A stretch of DNA of 64,000 bases. It comes from Adineta vaga. Lineage: Eukaryota > Animalia > Rotifera. Position numbers and translations under genes: made by a program. The stretch covers positions 3,720,001 through 3,784,000 of the forward strand of contig CP075495.1 in NCBI GenBank assembly GCA_021613535.1. Reading direction: 5' to 3'. Positions 38,281 through 49,643 of this stretch are shown here, in pieces; the stretch's first letter is position 1; every line of letters starts with the position of its first letter. The notes under the pieces are model-generated. The model saw only the letters and a program-made list of their open reading frames with translations, ran no database searches and was not told the origin of the DNA.

Positions 38281-39556
38281 ATATTCTTTCGTATACCAAT
38301 ACGCAATTCCAGAAAAACGTCTAAAAAAAGAAATAAAACTTTACATGGCAGTGTATATTTAACAAAATGAATATAATATAAGTGCAATTTAATGTATAAT
38401 AAATCATGTTAACTAGCATCTATGTAACATTTCGATATACTATTTTTAAATCATACTGACATGTAAGGTATGAATATTAGTCATAAGCTATTGTATTCGT
38501 TAGAAGCGAAATTTGAATATATGTCTGTTATATGGTTTCTATATTTCGAGGACATTCGCCAAAATGACAAAAAGAACAGAAATAAAGTGATTGTATGGTT
38601 ACACTTTAATTTCGGAGAAGTCTTTTTCTGAGATAAATAAATAATCAATTTTATCGATGACGGAAATTTCTCTTTTCCTCACTTATTTCATCAAGTTTCG
38701 AAACAAACGAATTCAAACAGTTGAATTTGCGTATTTCTACATGACAAAAATGTTCGTCATCTTAATTCTACTCTAATTGACGAATAAAAAATTGATTACG
38801 CAACGATCTGCTGAAATAATTGCTAATTAGTAAACATACTTCGTCTGCTACTACCTACTAAATTTTTCCAACATTAAATACTGACTTCATGCATTCGATA
38901 CGACTAGTATCACTCGTAAAAATAGCTCATAATTCAAATTTTAGTTACGCGTGTGCTAATCAATCGTTCATCTTACAATTCTATATTAATTATTGTTACG
39001 AACTACTCGAATGATGAAAACTCCTACTCATACGAGTGATTAGAAAATTGAGAAAAAACGTTTTGTAATATTGAACACTAACAAAGCTAATTAACAGTTG
39101 TGTATAAAGAAAATCTTTATCTGACTACTGGATAGCATGCACCTCAAATAATTCGAACTCTACTTCTATATCTTCGAACAAACTGCTACGAACAAAAGAA
39201 AATTATCAGTATTGATGAAATGAAGAGATCCTAGTACAAAAATGCAATAAAATTCATGTGTGACATATGCATTGTTGTGATTGCTTCGAGAAAGTAAGAT
39301 GTTTGTCTCTGACAAACTCAAAGCGAGAATGAAAATTTTAATGATTACCATATTTGCCGGGTTTATTGCTGATGTATTATAATAGCATTAAAAGGTTTCA
39401 ATACCTCATAACACTAGTGAGAAGCATTTTGAAAAGTTGCATAGCAATTATTTTTGTACAGTGCTGTGATAAGCAAATATCGACAAAGCAAATAAATATT
39501 TCAAAGGACACCGCGGGTAAGGTATTAAATCTGCCAATCCCCTAGATCTTGATTTC

Positions 39557-40520
39557 AATAGAACAAAAAAATAGAGAATGAGATTCTGTACATTTCTGCT
39601 AATTTATTCTGGTTTTGCTGAATACGAAAAAACTTTCTTGAACTCAGTAGTCTACGAGATCTATCACTTTTGAAGATCAAAAGTAAGAACTATGGTACCT
39701 GTAACTTTTTTCTATTTTAAATCCAATATGAAAACTGAAAACAAAGATCTATGCAGTTTTTGATGTTCTACAACATGGCACAGTAATAGTATTTATCATT
39801 ATGAAAGCAGTTTTAGGCAAGTATTGATCATTTTTGTCTTGAATCAACGTGCAATCTTAATTTCCGAGCTGAATAAATATTATATAAGGAATCTGCGTAA
39901 AAAACTCCCTTATATGATATACATATCAGCAAAAATAATTTTCTCCAGAAAATTCACCTCTGTGAAGAATTACATATTATTCGTCGACAATACTTTTTGT
40001 CAACAGACATTTTGTCGAGGATTGATATTAATGCCTCTGGGAAACCACAAGCGAAGATTTGTCCAAAATTGCTTTCATAATAATCATTTTCTTACAATGT
40101 TTAAAACGAAAGAAGTCTTCGAACAGCATCGATTTCTTCATAAACTATATAGATTTGTAAAGCGCGAGATGGCGCAGTTTTTGATAGGGGAGATTTTTAG
40201 TTGCTCCTGAATTTTTGCATATAATAGTACCTTGCAAAAATATGAAGCTTTGCCTTCGTGACATGAGAATTATATCTACCGATCCTTCGAAATCTAAGAG
40301 GGAAGTTACTGATAAATACTATTATTGTGCCATGTTGTAGAGCATAAAAAGCTGCATCGATCTATGTTTTTCGTTTTCATATTGAGTTTACAATAGAAAA
40401 AAAGTTACAAGTACCATAGTTTTTACTTACTGAGTTCAAGAAAGTTCTTCTGTATTCAGGAAAACCAAAATAAATTGGCAGAAATGTGCAGAATCTCATG
40501 CTCTATATTTTTATTCTATT
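39557..40520. mobile_element. Non-autonomous DNA transposon / foldback-type element with ~210-240 bp imperfect terminal inverted repeats
   Basis: 39557-39799 (AATAGAACAAAAAAATAGAGAATGAGATTCTG...) is the reverse complement of 40310-40520 (...CAGAATCTCATGCTCTATATTTTTATTCTATT) with scattered mismatches. No transposase ORF inside. Confidence 0.88.
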
Positions 40521-41471
40521 AACAATTTCGAAAGAAACAAATCTATCTCGTTTTAATCATGTGAAATATACTACGAAAATTCTACATCGTTTCGTTTTCT
40601 TTTAATATAATAAGATTCTCTACTTGCAGGATATTTATTCATTGGTTTCTTATATTTTATGAATATTTGTTGAACAAATATATTTTATAAGCATTCATCT
40701 AATAGAATTATAGATTCATTCATAAGAATTCGTCCTCGAGAATCATCCCGCTTGATCTTTAATTTTAAACCTATCCTTTAGCAAGCAGTAGCTAGATGGC
40801 ATTACTGTGAAATTGTATTTTCCTTAATGTATACGCTTAGTAGAAAATAACAGCTTTACGTCAATATTTTCAGTTAACTTATTGATAATATAACTCTTCT
40901 ATACATAATTTTTCTTTTCGATAAAAAGTTTCTTGAATATTTATTACCTGCATTGAATCGATTACATATTACGTTGCTTTTACGGTTAGTAATAAAATTA
41001 CTAACAAATCATTATTTTTCTAAATAGCACTCGAAGACCTATCTGGAAAAAAGATCAATTGCTCTCTTTACACATACTATTTCCCCTTAGGCATTCTTAT
41101 TGTGATACTCAAATTTATAGTAACATTAGACTTGTATCTAAATCGAAATATTATCAATGACTATGATATATATCTATTAGAGAGAACAGTTTCTATTCGC
41201 ATGAACTTGTATGGAAACATTCCTTGCTCTTTGAGGACGATATTTTTGTACGCAAAAGTACGATTTAATCTCAATGTTTTATTCTGAAATTTATATGAAA
41301 CGAGGAAAGTATGAATTAATATCAAGTTTATCTTTGATATTAGATTTTAAAGTTTTATATCATTTATATTATGTATAAATATTCCTTTTGAATTTCTCAA
41401 TCAAACAATCCGTAAATTCATGCTCATTCAATGAAACTTATTGAAAATAAAATAATGCTTTTATAATGATA

Positions 41472-43231
41472 CTAGCGGAGGTACCCGATGGTGATTAAGA
41501 AAAGTCGACATTAAGAACATCACATAATAGAAAACGATAGAAGATATAGACAGGAATGAGATTGAAAGTGTCACATTTGTCCTCGATACATATCCCGCCG
41601 TGCATGTCAAAGAATGACAACGCCAGCGATATAGTTCTCTAAAACCTATGCCTATTTGAAAATCTCATTCCAACTTTAAATTCATGTGTGTATCGCTGCA
41701 ATCCATTTACCTCCGTCTTCACCGTACGAATCCTTCTTCAACTCCGAAAATCTTCACACCGTACAGCAGCGTCCACTCCGAAATTCTAATACCCTATCTT
41801 TGCTCAACATCTATGTATTTTTCTGTTCTTTAATACACCTGTTGTGGGTTCCCTATGCATAAATTTGCTAGCTACGTCGTAAACAGCATACTTTTGAACA
41901 ACTCTTTGCAACCACTGAAATCTATCACAGTTCGGCAACAGGCATCAGTTCTAACTCTACTTTCCTGGTTATTCTACAGATACCACTTCGATACTGTCAA
42001 GGCAACTTCATTGAAATTCTGTCTCTATTTTGAGAAATCAAGTCTGCAATTGTAGCTACTCACTCCAGTTTACACCCTCAAGATTCACGCTCCATTGTGA
42101 ATGTCCACCGAAAATCGTGTGCTTGTGCATGTCTTATCTTTTTCTCATCAGCACCTCTGAAGCCCACACTCACACTTAGACATTTGCCGAATCAAAGCCG
42201 TTCAAGAGATTGTGTTACATATTGAGATTATAAATACACCAGCTCAAAATCACCACTTTTTTTTAATTTGAGATGTTGTGTACGGATTAGAGTTTAAATT
42301 TTGATTGTAAGGTAGATATCGAAGGCTTCGAGTCCTAAGCCACACAAAAATAGTAAATCTCTAACTCATGTCTAAACTCAATGTCCAAACTTCCTAAACC
42401 AAAAGGTTCGAATATGATGCATGTCTACTCAAACTCAACGTGAAAACATAGCATCAGACAAATGCTCAAAAATTGTAGATAGTTTCTCTGAATCTCAAAA
42501 AAAATTGGTGAGAATGAGTCTTTCAAACTTGGATGAAACTTCACACACATCCTAGCAGTGCCCCCATCAGTCACATTATCCATACCGCAACATTCTTTTG
42601 ACCTTAGAGAAGTGTTGCACGAAGTTTGATTACTCTAGCTACGACAGGGATAGAAAATTATATATTCCATAAAAACTGGGTGAAAATTCACCCAAACACC
42701 CCTCCCCCAACCCTCTATCGATGATGTCGACCCTCCTTACGACCATCCTCTGCATCTAGTGGAGTGCCATCGAAAGTTTGGTGACGTTAGCTGTTACAGA
42801 GCCTAAATACATTGACAAATAACAAAAAAGTTATATAAAATTTTCCTTAGGTTGGGTGAAATCGGGATTAGAGGAAAATGTCGAAAAAAGAAAAAGAAGA
42901 CTTCAATATACGGGTATTTTCTTTTTCTTTTTTCGACGTTTTCCTCTAATCCCGATGAAATCTTACCTAGCTCCCTCCTCCTGATCCTTTTAGTGATTCC
43001 AACCTTATGTCGACCTTCCCTGTGGTCTAAGAGAGCACGATGGAAAGTTTGGTAATGTATGCTAATACAAAGCCATCTGGGTGAAATTTCACCCACGCCT
43101 CTCATGCCTACCGCTCTATGACCTTTCCCTGTACCTAGGGAAGTACTATGGAAATTTTGGTATCCGTAGTTATGAAAGGAACAGAATGCATAGCGAACAG
43201 ACAGACAAACATTCTTCTTTATATATATAGA
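41472..43231 (-). mobile_element. Non-autonomous Helitron-like element (~1.76 kb)
   Basis: On the minus strand it begins A|TCTATATATATAAAGAAGAATGTTTGTCTGTCTG and ends ...GGGTACCTCCGCTAG|T (5' TC, 3' CTAG, AT target). It has internal subrepeats and palindromes and is GC-richer than the flanks. Confidence 0.75.
42861..42956. repeat. Near-perfect inverted repeat, 38-bp arms with ~20-nt loop, inside the Helitron
   Basis: ATCGGGATTAGAGGAAAATGTCGAAAAAAGAAAAAGAA pairs with TTCTTTTTCTTTTTTCGACGTTTTCCTCTAATCCCGAT with one G-T mismatch. Confidence 0.92.
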
Positions 43232-43250
43232 TTTATAGATATAGATAGAA

Positions 43251-43550
43251 GATAGCGGACGTTTACGCTACAAATCAAGATAGTTTGAAATTGGAACGTG
43301 TAAATTATCGTCGATGTGCGCTTAGACAGCCTTCGCTATCAATTTTTTTAACTTTTTGAAATACTGCAATCCTATTGGTCTGTTTCATAGATTGCCTGTA
43401 GCAAGCGAAGGATTCTGTTTTTTTCGGAACAAAGTAGATGGTGACCATTCCCTGGGTGCAGAGACCATTTCCGGAAACTTTCATTGCATTTGTTTGTACG
43501 GCCTTCAAATGCATAGCAAACAGAGAAACATTCTTCTTTTTATATATAGA
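43251..43550 (-). mobile_element. Second, truncated copy of the same Helitron-like element, in tandem
   Basis: 43508-43550 (AATGCATAGCAAACAGAGAAACATTCTTCTTTTTATATATAGA) repeats the terminus at 43185-43231. ATAGCGGAC at 43252 resembles CTAGCGGAG at 41472. Confidence 0.7.
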
Positions 43551-43949
43551 TAGATAGATGAAGTTGAAGAAAACATTGCGAACGAACATATTTTCACTTT
43601 CCTAATACTTGTACTTTTATTCTGTATATACTGATATTTCACAGGTGCATTTTATCTATGAATATTCTCTTCATTTACGATAAAATCCTAGAAGGCGAGA
43701 AAAAAAGATTAGAATGAAATCGAATCATGATTCATTCCCTATTCTATTTGATGCACAAATGACACGTGTTTCTTTTTCTTTTAATTCAAAAGCTATAGAT
43801 CATAAATAACGTAGGTGTACTTTTCTTAAATCGTCTTTCGCGTACTTTGATTTCTTTCTATCAGCCAAGGTCACCTCATATAAATATACCTTTCTTTTTT
43901 CACTTTTAATCTATAGATTTCAAGTACTGTCACTTTTCGATAAGAAACA

Positions 43950-44564
43950 ATGCCTTTTCTCAAGAAAATAGAAGTTCGTGATTTGTCTGCAAAGTATGGA
44001 CAGAAACAACGTGGAGTTGTAGCTCTTGAACCTATTCGAACTGGTGAACCTATTTTTACATGTGATTTATCAGTGTGTAATTATTATAGACTTGAAGATC
44101 CAACAAATAAAATGACAAAAGCTGCCGTTCTTGCTTTAATTGAAGGTCATCCTGAAGCTGCCGATTATCTTCGTTATTATACTTATATGCTTGATGATGA
44201 TTTATTTGATGTTCCACGTCATTATAAAACTCAAGAAACAACGGAAGATTGTTTACTATTTAATCATTCATGTGAACCAAATTGTGGATTTGGTGGTGAA
44301 GAAGAAGAACTTGTTATTGCTATTCGAGATATTGAACCTGGTGAAGAACTTACCTATCATTATGGTTTAATGGATTCAGAAAATAGTTTATGGACAGGTT
44401 TAATGTGCAAATGTGGAGCAACGAATTGTAATGGAGAATTGAAATTTGATTGGTGGAGAGATCCAAAATGGCAAGATAAATTTGAAAAATATGCTGGTGC
44501 TCATATTAAACGAAAAATTAAAAAATTACGTCAAGAACAAGAAAAAAATCAAGCCACATCTTGA
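43950..44564 (+). CDS. Intronless stand-alone SET/post-SET protein-lysine methyltransferase (204 aa)
   Basis: RGVVALEPIRTGE, FNHSCEPN, AIRDIEPGEELTYHYG and post-SET CKCGATNC; TATAAATA near 43879. Confidence 0.92.
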   Translation: MPFLKKIEVRDLSAKYGQKQRGVVALEPIRTGEPIFTCDLSVCNYYRLEDPTNKMTKAAVLALIEGHPEAADYLRYYTYMLDDDLFDVPRHYKTQETTEDCLLFNHSCEPNCGFGGEEEELVIAIRDIEPGEELTYHYGLMDSENSLWTGLMCKCGATNCNGELKFDWWRDPKWQDKFEKYAGAHIKRKIKKLRQEQEKNQATS

Positions 44565-45071
44565 TGAAAAGATTTCTTCTTAAGTTGATTTATGATTTAC
44601 TTTCAAAATGTATCGAAAATATTGAAATAATAAATCCTATTGATACTCAGAGAAGAACAATGATAATGACAAAAGATTTTTTTTCTTTATCGTAGGTTAT
44701 TTATATCTACGGATAACAAAATAGAAAATAGTATTAAACTTTGCACTATTTCGTACTGAGTACATTTACAAATCTAAAAAATCAGATGGTATTAAATAAC
44801 ATCACTCATTTCATTGGAATATAAATACAACTATGAACTTTCTCATTGTTTTTCTTTTATCATAATCAATAATTGTCTATTTCTTCCGTGAGTTCTACCT
44901 ATAACCTAAAGATCATTTATTGATAAAATAAACCATCACACATCTTCAAGAGATATGAAAAACATTCATCTAACAAAACAAAAACGTTTTCGAAAACAAA
45001 ATCTAATATCTCCCTGAAAACATGTGAATAAACTTTCATATTATAAAGACATAGATGAACACAACAAACAA

Positions 45072-46205
45072 TTATTCACATAAATCTTCTTCGAATTGAA
45101 CATGACTAATTGTTCCATGATGTTTCATTGCATTATAAATTAAATCAATATTTGCTTTTGTAATTGAATGAATTTCACCTAAGTGTTTTTGAAAATTATC
45201 TTCTTCTATTAATGAACAACATGGCGTTTTTGGAATAGAATTTTCTTCATTAAATTTCATTGCATTTTTATTAAATGGACATTGAAATGTTTTTTTCGTG
45301 ATTATATTGTGATTTATTTGTGGAAAAATCTTTGTTTCCATTGGATTACATTTACTTCGAATAGCTCGAACTAATTGAGTTGCTATGTATGGTTTAATAT
45401 GATGTGTTCGAATGAAATGAATATATAAATATACGGAAGTTCTATTTTCATTCGAACAAAATCGTTTAATATTTTGTAAATTTTCTAGACCAAATACGCC
45501 ATATTTTGTCAATGGACATATATCGCGAAGAAGATTTAAACTTATTGTTCGTGTCTTTTCAACTTTTGTCGACGTTCGATTCGTTTGTTGAACATCGATT
45601 GTATTCGGTAATAATACATCATCACTAAAATTGTATTTTAATAAACAAAGAAAAAGATGATTGATTTCTTACTCTGAATCTAAGATTTCAATGCATTCGA
45701 TCGTTGTTGAACTATTCGTTTGTTTCATTTCTGAGGTTGACCGATGGTTGTTAATTGTTTGAGTATCAATATGATGATTATGTTCATGTTCATGAAGATT
45801 TTTATTTATTTGATTTAACATCCATTCAAGTTGTAGATAATCTTCTTTTGTTAATTGTTTATCACCTGTTTTATGTTGATTTAATTGTTCACGTTTTTTA
45901 CTTAACAATTCATTTGTTTGTTTTGTTAATTTTAAACGTTGATCAATAGATGATTGTTGAAGATCAAAATGAGAATTGATTCGATTTAATTCACGTTGAT
46001 GTAGTTCTTCAGATTGTCGAAGGTCTTGTTGAATTTGTGAAATTAACGTCGAGAGAGGATTGGAGAGATCATCTAATTGTTTTTGAATTTCATCGTAAAG
46101 ATGGTTTTCATGTTCAAGTCGATGTTTGTGACAAATTGATAGATGACAATGAGACAAACAAGTTACATCCGCTTTAGATGAGCATGCTGGATGTTCACAA
46201 GACAT
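45072..46205 (-). CDS. B-box-like zinc finger + coiled coil + two atypical C-x19-C-x11/12-H-x4-H repeats
   Basis: Two exons joined at 45673 and ~45624. N-terminal CEHPAC...CLSHCHLSICHKHRLEH, a heptad-rich middle region and a duplicated C-terminal motif. Confidence 0.8.
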
Positions 46206-47438
46206 TCTTTCTCTTCTCTTCTCAAAGATATAGAAGAGATTAACTACACAGGCACAACTTTGTTCGCTCGTTCTCGTTCGTTCGTTCGTTCAGAAGGAAA
46301 GGAAAAACTTTAGAATTTAAATAGAAGAAGATTTGAATAGAGGTCGCTATCAATTAATTGAAAACTGACTCATTAGAGCTTAAACACGTTTTTTACATGA
46401 CGCAAATAATGTAATCAGTACATTTTCTTCTGTAACGAAAAAACAGGAAATGTATCATTGAATAATTATCAATGATATGTCGTTTAAAATGATTATTATC
46501 TTCTCTTTTGTGATTTTGTACCGGATAGAACACAATTCATGTATTAACTTAAAATCATATTTTCTTTCCGATGTATAATAGATTAAATTAAAATCAACAT
46601 AGATAATTTGCGTTATGATTTGTTAACCATTACGGCTTTTTATCTGATAAATATTGCTCACAATGTAATAGTCATACAATATGATCTTTATTAACTTAAT
46701 CTAATAATCATTTCAGTAGCAAAATCATAGGCTGATTTTCTTTTATATATAATAGACTGCTACATAATTTTGTTAATTATAAAATGTCCTTTTAATTCAT
46801 GATTTAATCTGTTTTTCCTGGTTTTTTTAAAATATCATACAAATATCTATGTGCACCTTTTGATTTCTTAATTGAAACAAGTCTTGAACATAAGATGAAG
46901 ATTAGACTTGCAATGAAAAACATTGGATTAAAAAAAAAACATAAAACTCTAGTCTATTCTTGTCAATGATATCAGGCGTATAATTTTCGAACTTTTCGTG
47001 AACGAAACGAAATGAAAGACTTTTCATTCGAGATTATATAATAACAAGTTTAAAAGTACAAACATGTGTGGGAAAAACGTGTTTACATGTTTAAACTCAT
47101 AATCAACAGATTAACGTCTTTAATTCTTCGGTTGTCAAATCTGAAAGAATAATACGTTTCGTGGGACTCATCATGCAATAAACAAGATGCTCAATTGTCA
47201 TGCAAATACTTATCAGCTATTCTTTTTCCTTTCTTCTGGAAATTTTTACTACGTCCTTTTTTCCAAGTCTAATGCACTGTTACTTTCTTTATCAGTCTAT
47301 TTGCCTCTCTTTCTCTCTTTCTGTTTCACCTATGGTATAAATACCGATGGATTCCAGCTCATTCTACTAATCATTCTATTAGTTTCTGAAAAACTTTCAC
47401 ACAGTCAATTGGAAATATTTTCAAATTTCTCTCAAGCA

Positions 47439-49643
47439 ATGAGTTCATCAACATTATATCCCAATTGTGATTTTGCTATTTGGTTTCGTTCAGTAGATGA
47501 AACGACAACTACTGAACAACCTATTCAAGGAAAAGTAACAGGTAAGATTTAAATCATAACTATCAATTGTGTTTTACCGAATCGTTTTTCTTTTCCAAAG
47601 GAGTTATTCCTAAATGGATCAATGGTTGCTTATATCAAAATGGTCCTGGTTTATTGGATGTAACTGGTCAACGGGTTAATCATCTATTTGATGCTTTTTC
47701 ATTAATACAAAAGTAACGAAACTGATTGTTTTTTCAATTCATAACTAATCATTTCTTTGCAATAGATTTACTTTAAATAATGGTCATGTTACATATCAAA
47801 ATCGAATTTTACAATCGAATGCTTATCAACAAGCGCATAAAACCGGTCGATCATGCTATTCAGAATATGGTACAGCAAAACATAACGGTAATATCAATAC
47901 AGTGAATGAAAAGACCAAATCTGAATCAACTTTAACTTGGCTTCTAACACGGTAAAGATTTCGTTTGAAAGAAAAACCAGACATCACTGTCTTTTCATCT
48001 AGATTTCAACAACTTTTTCATCACAAAAATGATTTTCGATCAGACAATGCAATGATCAGTATCTATCCATATCGCATTAAAAACGATAAAATCGCTTTAT
48101 TCGCTATGACTGAGGTTTGAAAAATACATCATAAAAAAGTTTTCCATGAACTATTTCCGTATGATTTAGACTCCGGTGATGCATGAAATTGATCCAAATA
48201 CGATTGAAACATGTTCGAAATTCAATGTTAGTGAACATTTACCAGTTGTTTCTCATTGTGGACATGCTGTCATTCTTAATGATGGTACAGTTCTCAATAT
48301 TGGCTTATCATCAAGTTTAACGGGCATGAACTATGTTCTATTTGAATTTCCAGGTGAGATATATTATTGAAAAACTTTTTTTTTTGAAAAAGAAAAAAAA
48401 TATCAATATTGTTTCTGCATATTTCAGGTGGTTCCGAAACAAATATTGATGATAATCTTATGTACAAATGTCGTGTACTAACTAAAATTCCAAGTCGTTG
48501 GCCATTTAATCCATCCTATATGCATACATTTGCTGTCACTGACAATTACATTATTATTATTGAACAATCACTTTGTATATCTGTTGCAAAAGTTCTTCAG
48601 TTAACAATAACACAAGGTCCAATGACAGATACACTTGTTTGGCATGAAAAAGAACCGGTTAGTATTCGCAAAAAAAACATCACACGACTTTCTTTCATGT
48701 ACAACTCATTTTCCTTTCATCTAGGTACGTTTTCGATTAATCAATCGTCATACAATGACTGAATACAATGAATACATCTATCTTGCATCATCATTCTTTT
48801 TCCTACATATTATCAATGCATATGAAGATAAAAATCATCTTGTCATTGATATTTGTTGTTATGAAAATGCTGATATGCTTCAATGTATGACAATCGAAGA
48901 ACTTGAAGTATTGATTCATTAATAAATAAAAAGATTTCTTTCAATTAATATAATCATATATTTATTCTTATAGAACGGTCAAAAAAATCCCGATTTTGCA
49001 AGACAATTTCGTGGTCGACCCAAACGATTTGTTTTACCATTACCAACACAAAATAATGAAGAAGAAACCTTCGGTTTAAGTTATACTTCATGTCAGATTA
49101 CACGATATGAATCAAACAAATTTTGGATTGAACCAGAATTAATTGTCGATATCGGTTGTGAATTACCACAATTTGATTATTTTCGATATTATGGAAATTT
49201 TTATCGATATTTTTATGCAATTAACAGTGATGTAGACTTTGAACAATGTGGAGCGGTATGAAAAAAAGAGAAATTTATCTTTTAAAAAACAACCATATGT
49301 TCATTTTGTTTAGCTTCGAAAGATTGATATTCTTTCAAAAACATCTCTCAGCTGGCATGAAGAAGATTGCTATACATCGGAACCAATTTTCTTACGTAAT
49401 CCAGAAGACAATGAAGTAAAATACAGAGATTCAATTAAATTTAATCTTTTTTGATTATTGTAGGATGATGAAGATGCTGGAGTTTTACTCGTATCATTAT
49501 TACGAACAAATCATGAGGATGAAGTGAGTCTGTTGGTGTTGAATGCACGAGATATGACAGAAATGGGACGTGTTCAATTTCAAGCAAATGGACCTGTACC
49601 TAAATGTCTACATTGTTTATGGATTGATTCAAAAATAGATTAG
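47439..49643 (+). CDS. ninaB: Carotenoid cleavage oxygenase, NinaB/BCO/RPE65 family
   Basis: LYPNCDFAIWFRS, G.IPKWINGCLYQNGPG, HLFDAFS, four iron-ligand His motifs (CGHA, SYMHTF, LHIINAY, KCLHC), ELPQ and SEPIF; multi-exon, stop at 49641-49643. Confidence 0.9.

Noticed and set aside
39824-40210. 128-aa ORF inside the TIR element as a transposase
   Set aside because: Non-ATG start, no DDE or HTH motifs, and composition like random AT-rich DNA.
42300-42345. tRNA-like T-loop (GGCTTCGAGTCCTAAGCCA)
   Set aside because: The T-stem closing pair is mismatched and no D arm or acceptor stem can be built; it lies inside the Helitron.
42578-43500. Spaced repeats as a CRISPR-like array
   Set aside because: Repeats are highly degenerate and irregularly spaced, the context is eukaryotic and there are no cas genes; explained as Helitron subrepeats.
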